From Malacoraja senta (Eukaryota), in contig CM075990.1 in NCBI GenBank assembly GCA_038087875.1, positions 15,626,001 through 15,690,000 on the forward strand: DNA of 64,000 bases. Direction: 5' to 3'. This document shows, one piece after another, positions 63,185 through 64,000 of this stretch. The notes beneath the pieces were generated by a model, which saw nothing but the letters and a program-made list of their open reading frames with translations, did not search any database and was not told where the DNA came from. The position numbers and the translations under genes are program-made. Position 1 is the first letter of the stretch, and each line of letters opens with the position of its first letter.

Positions 63185-63314
63185 TGTAGGAAGGAACTGC
63201 AGATGCTGGTTTAAACCGAAGAATGACACAAAAAGCTGGAGTAACTCAGCGGGTTAGGCAGCATCTCTGGGGAAAAGGAATAGGTGACGTTTCGGTCGAG
63301 ACCCTTCTTCAGAC
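63185..63314 (-). mobile_element. PLE pLTR fragment
   Basis: Flanked by a catattctgt duplication with an extra short templated repeat. Confidence 0.8.
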
Positions 63315-64000
63315 ACATATTCTTCAGATCACATATTCTGTATTCAGACAGCTAAAAACATTGGAACCCAGGTCAGAGCAGCATGGAAATAAAAGACCGA
63401 ATGTCCGTAAATCTTAAGACCCTGGTGAATCCTCAGCTTCCCATCCCCACTAGATGCCATGTCTCTTTATGCCAGGAACAAACCATCCAAACTCTTCAGC
63501 TTCACATGTGGCCAAAGGAGCATGTTTTTTTATTATCACTGAGGATATTTGCTTCAAATCGTAGCCTGGGTTGGTTGCTAAGAGATTGGCCCTCGCTGCT
63601 GAAAGTGAAGGAAGTATCTAGTGCTCTCTGTCACCTGGACATCCCCTCCTCAAATGTTGATCAGATGCCAGACATCTGTTCAAGGAAAGCCCTGGCAGTG
63701 GCGTCTGAACAATGTTAGCTGATTAGCCGATCAAACTGAAGAGTTCTCACAGAGAGCAAACCAGAAATAGAAAATCACAAATAAAGCCAAATCACGACAA
63801 GAACATACTCAGTGTAAAGATAGAAGATTGTAGTGTGTTCAAGGTTCTCCTGAACAGGCCTGTCAAACTGAGGATTATCATCACCCATTTGCTTAAGTAA
63901 ACACAACCATTATTTGTAACAAAAGGATCCTGACCCGAAACGTTGCCAATCCATTCCCTCCACATTATTCCCTTTATCATGCATCTGTTCACTGTGAATG

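Overview
Repeat-rich vertebrate genomic DNA, most likely from a cartilaginous fish (skate/ray-like). The taxon is inferred from abundant tRNA-derived HE1-type SINEs that share 3' tails with HER1/CR1 LINEs. The only host coding sequence I can support is a 62-nt minus-strand exon (21861-21922) encoding the S1 helix of the BK channel KCNMA1/Slo1, so the rest of the window is probably its two long flanking introns. The introns hold CR1, Rex1/Babar, L2 and Penelope-like (PLE) retroelement pieces, Harbinger- and hAT-type MITEs, a Helentron-like element, mini/microsatellites and a 200-N gap. Best novelty candidate: four full-length copies of a ~140-nt TSD-flanked, (AAG)n-tailed retroelement. Its first 54 nt fold into a minimal, nearly P4-less HDV/CPEB3-like ribozyme, and one intact copy lies on the KCNMA1 sense strand. 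Also notable are PLE fold-back palindromes carrying hammerhead-like cores and a 44-nt tandem array of such cores. All calls were made by eye; repeat boundaries are approximate unless TSDs are given.
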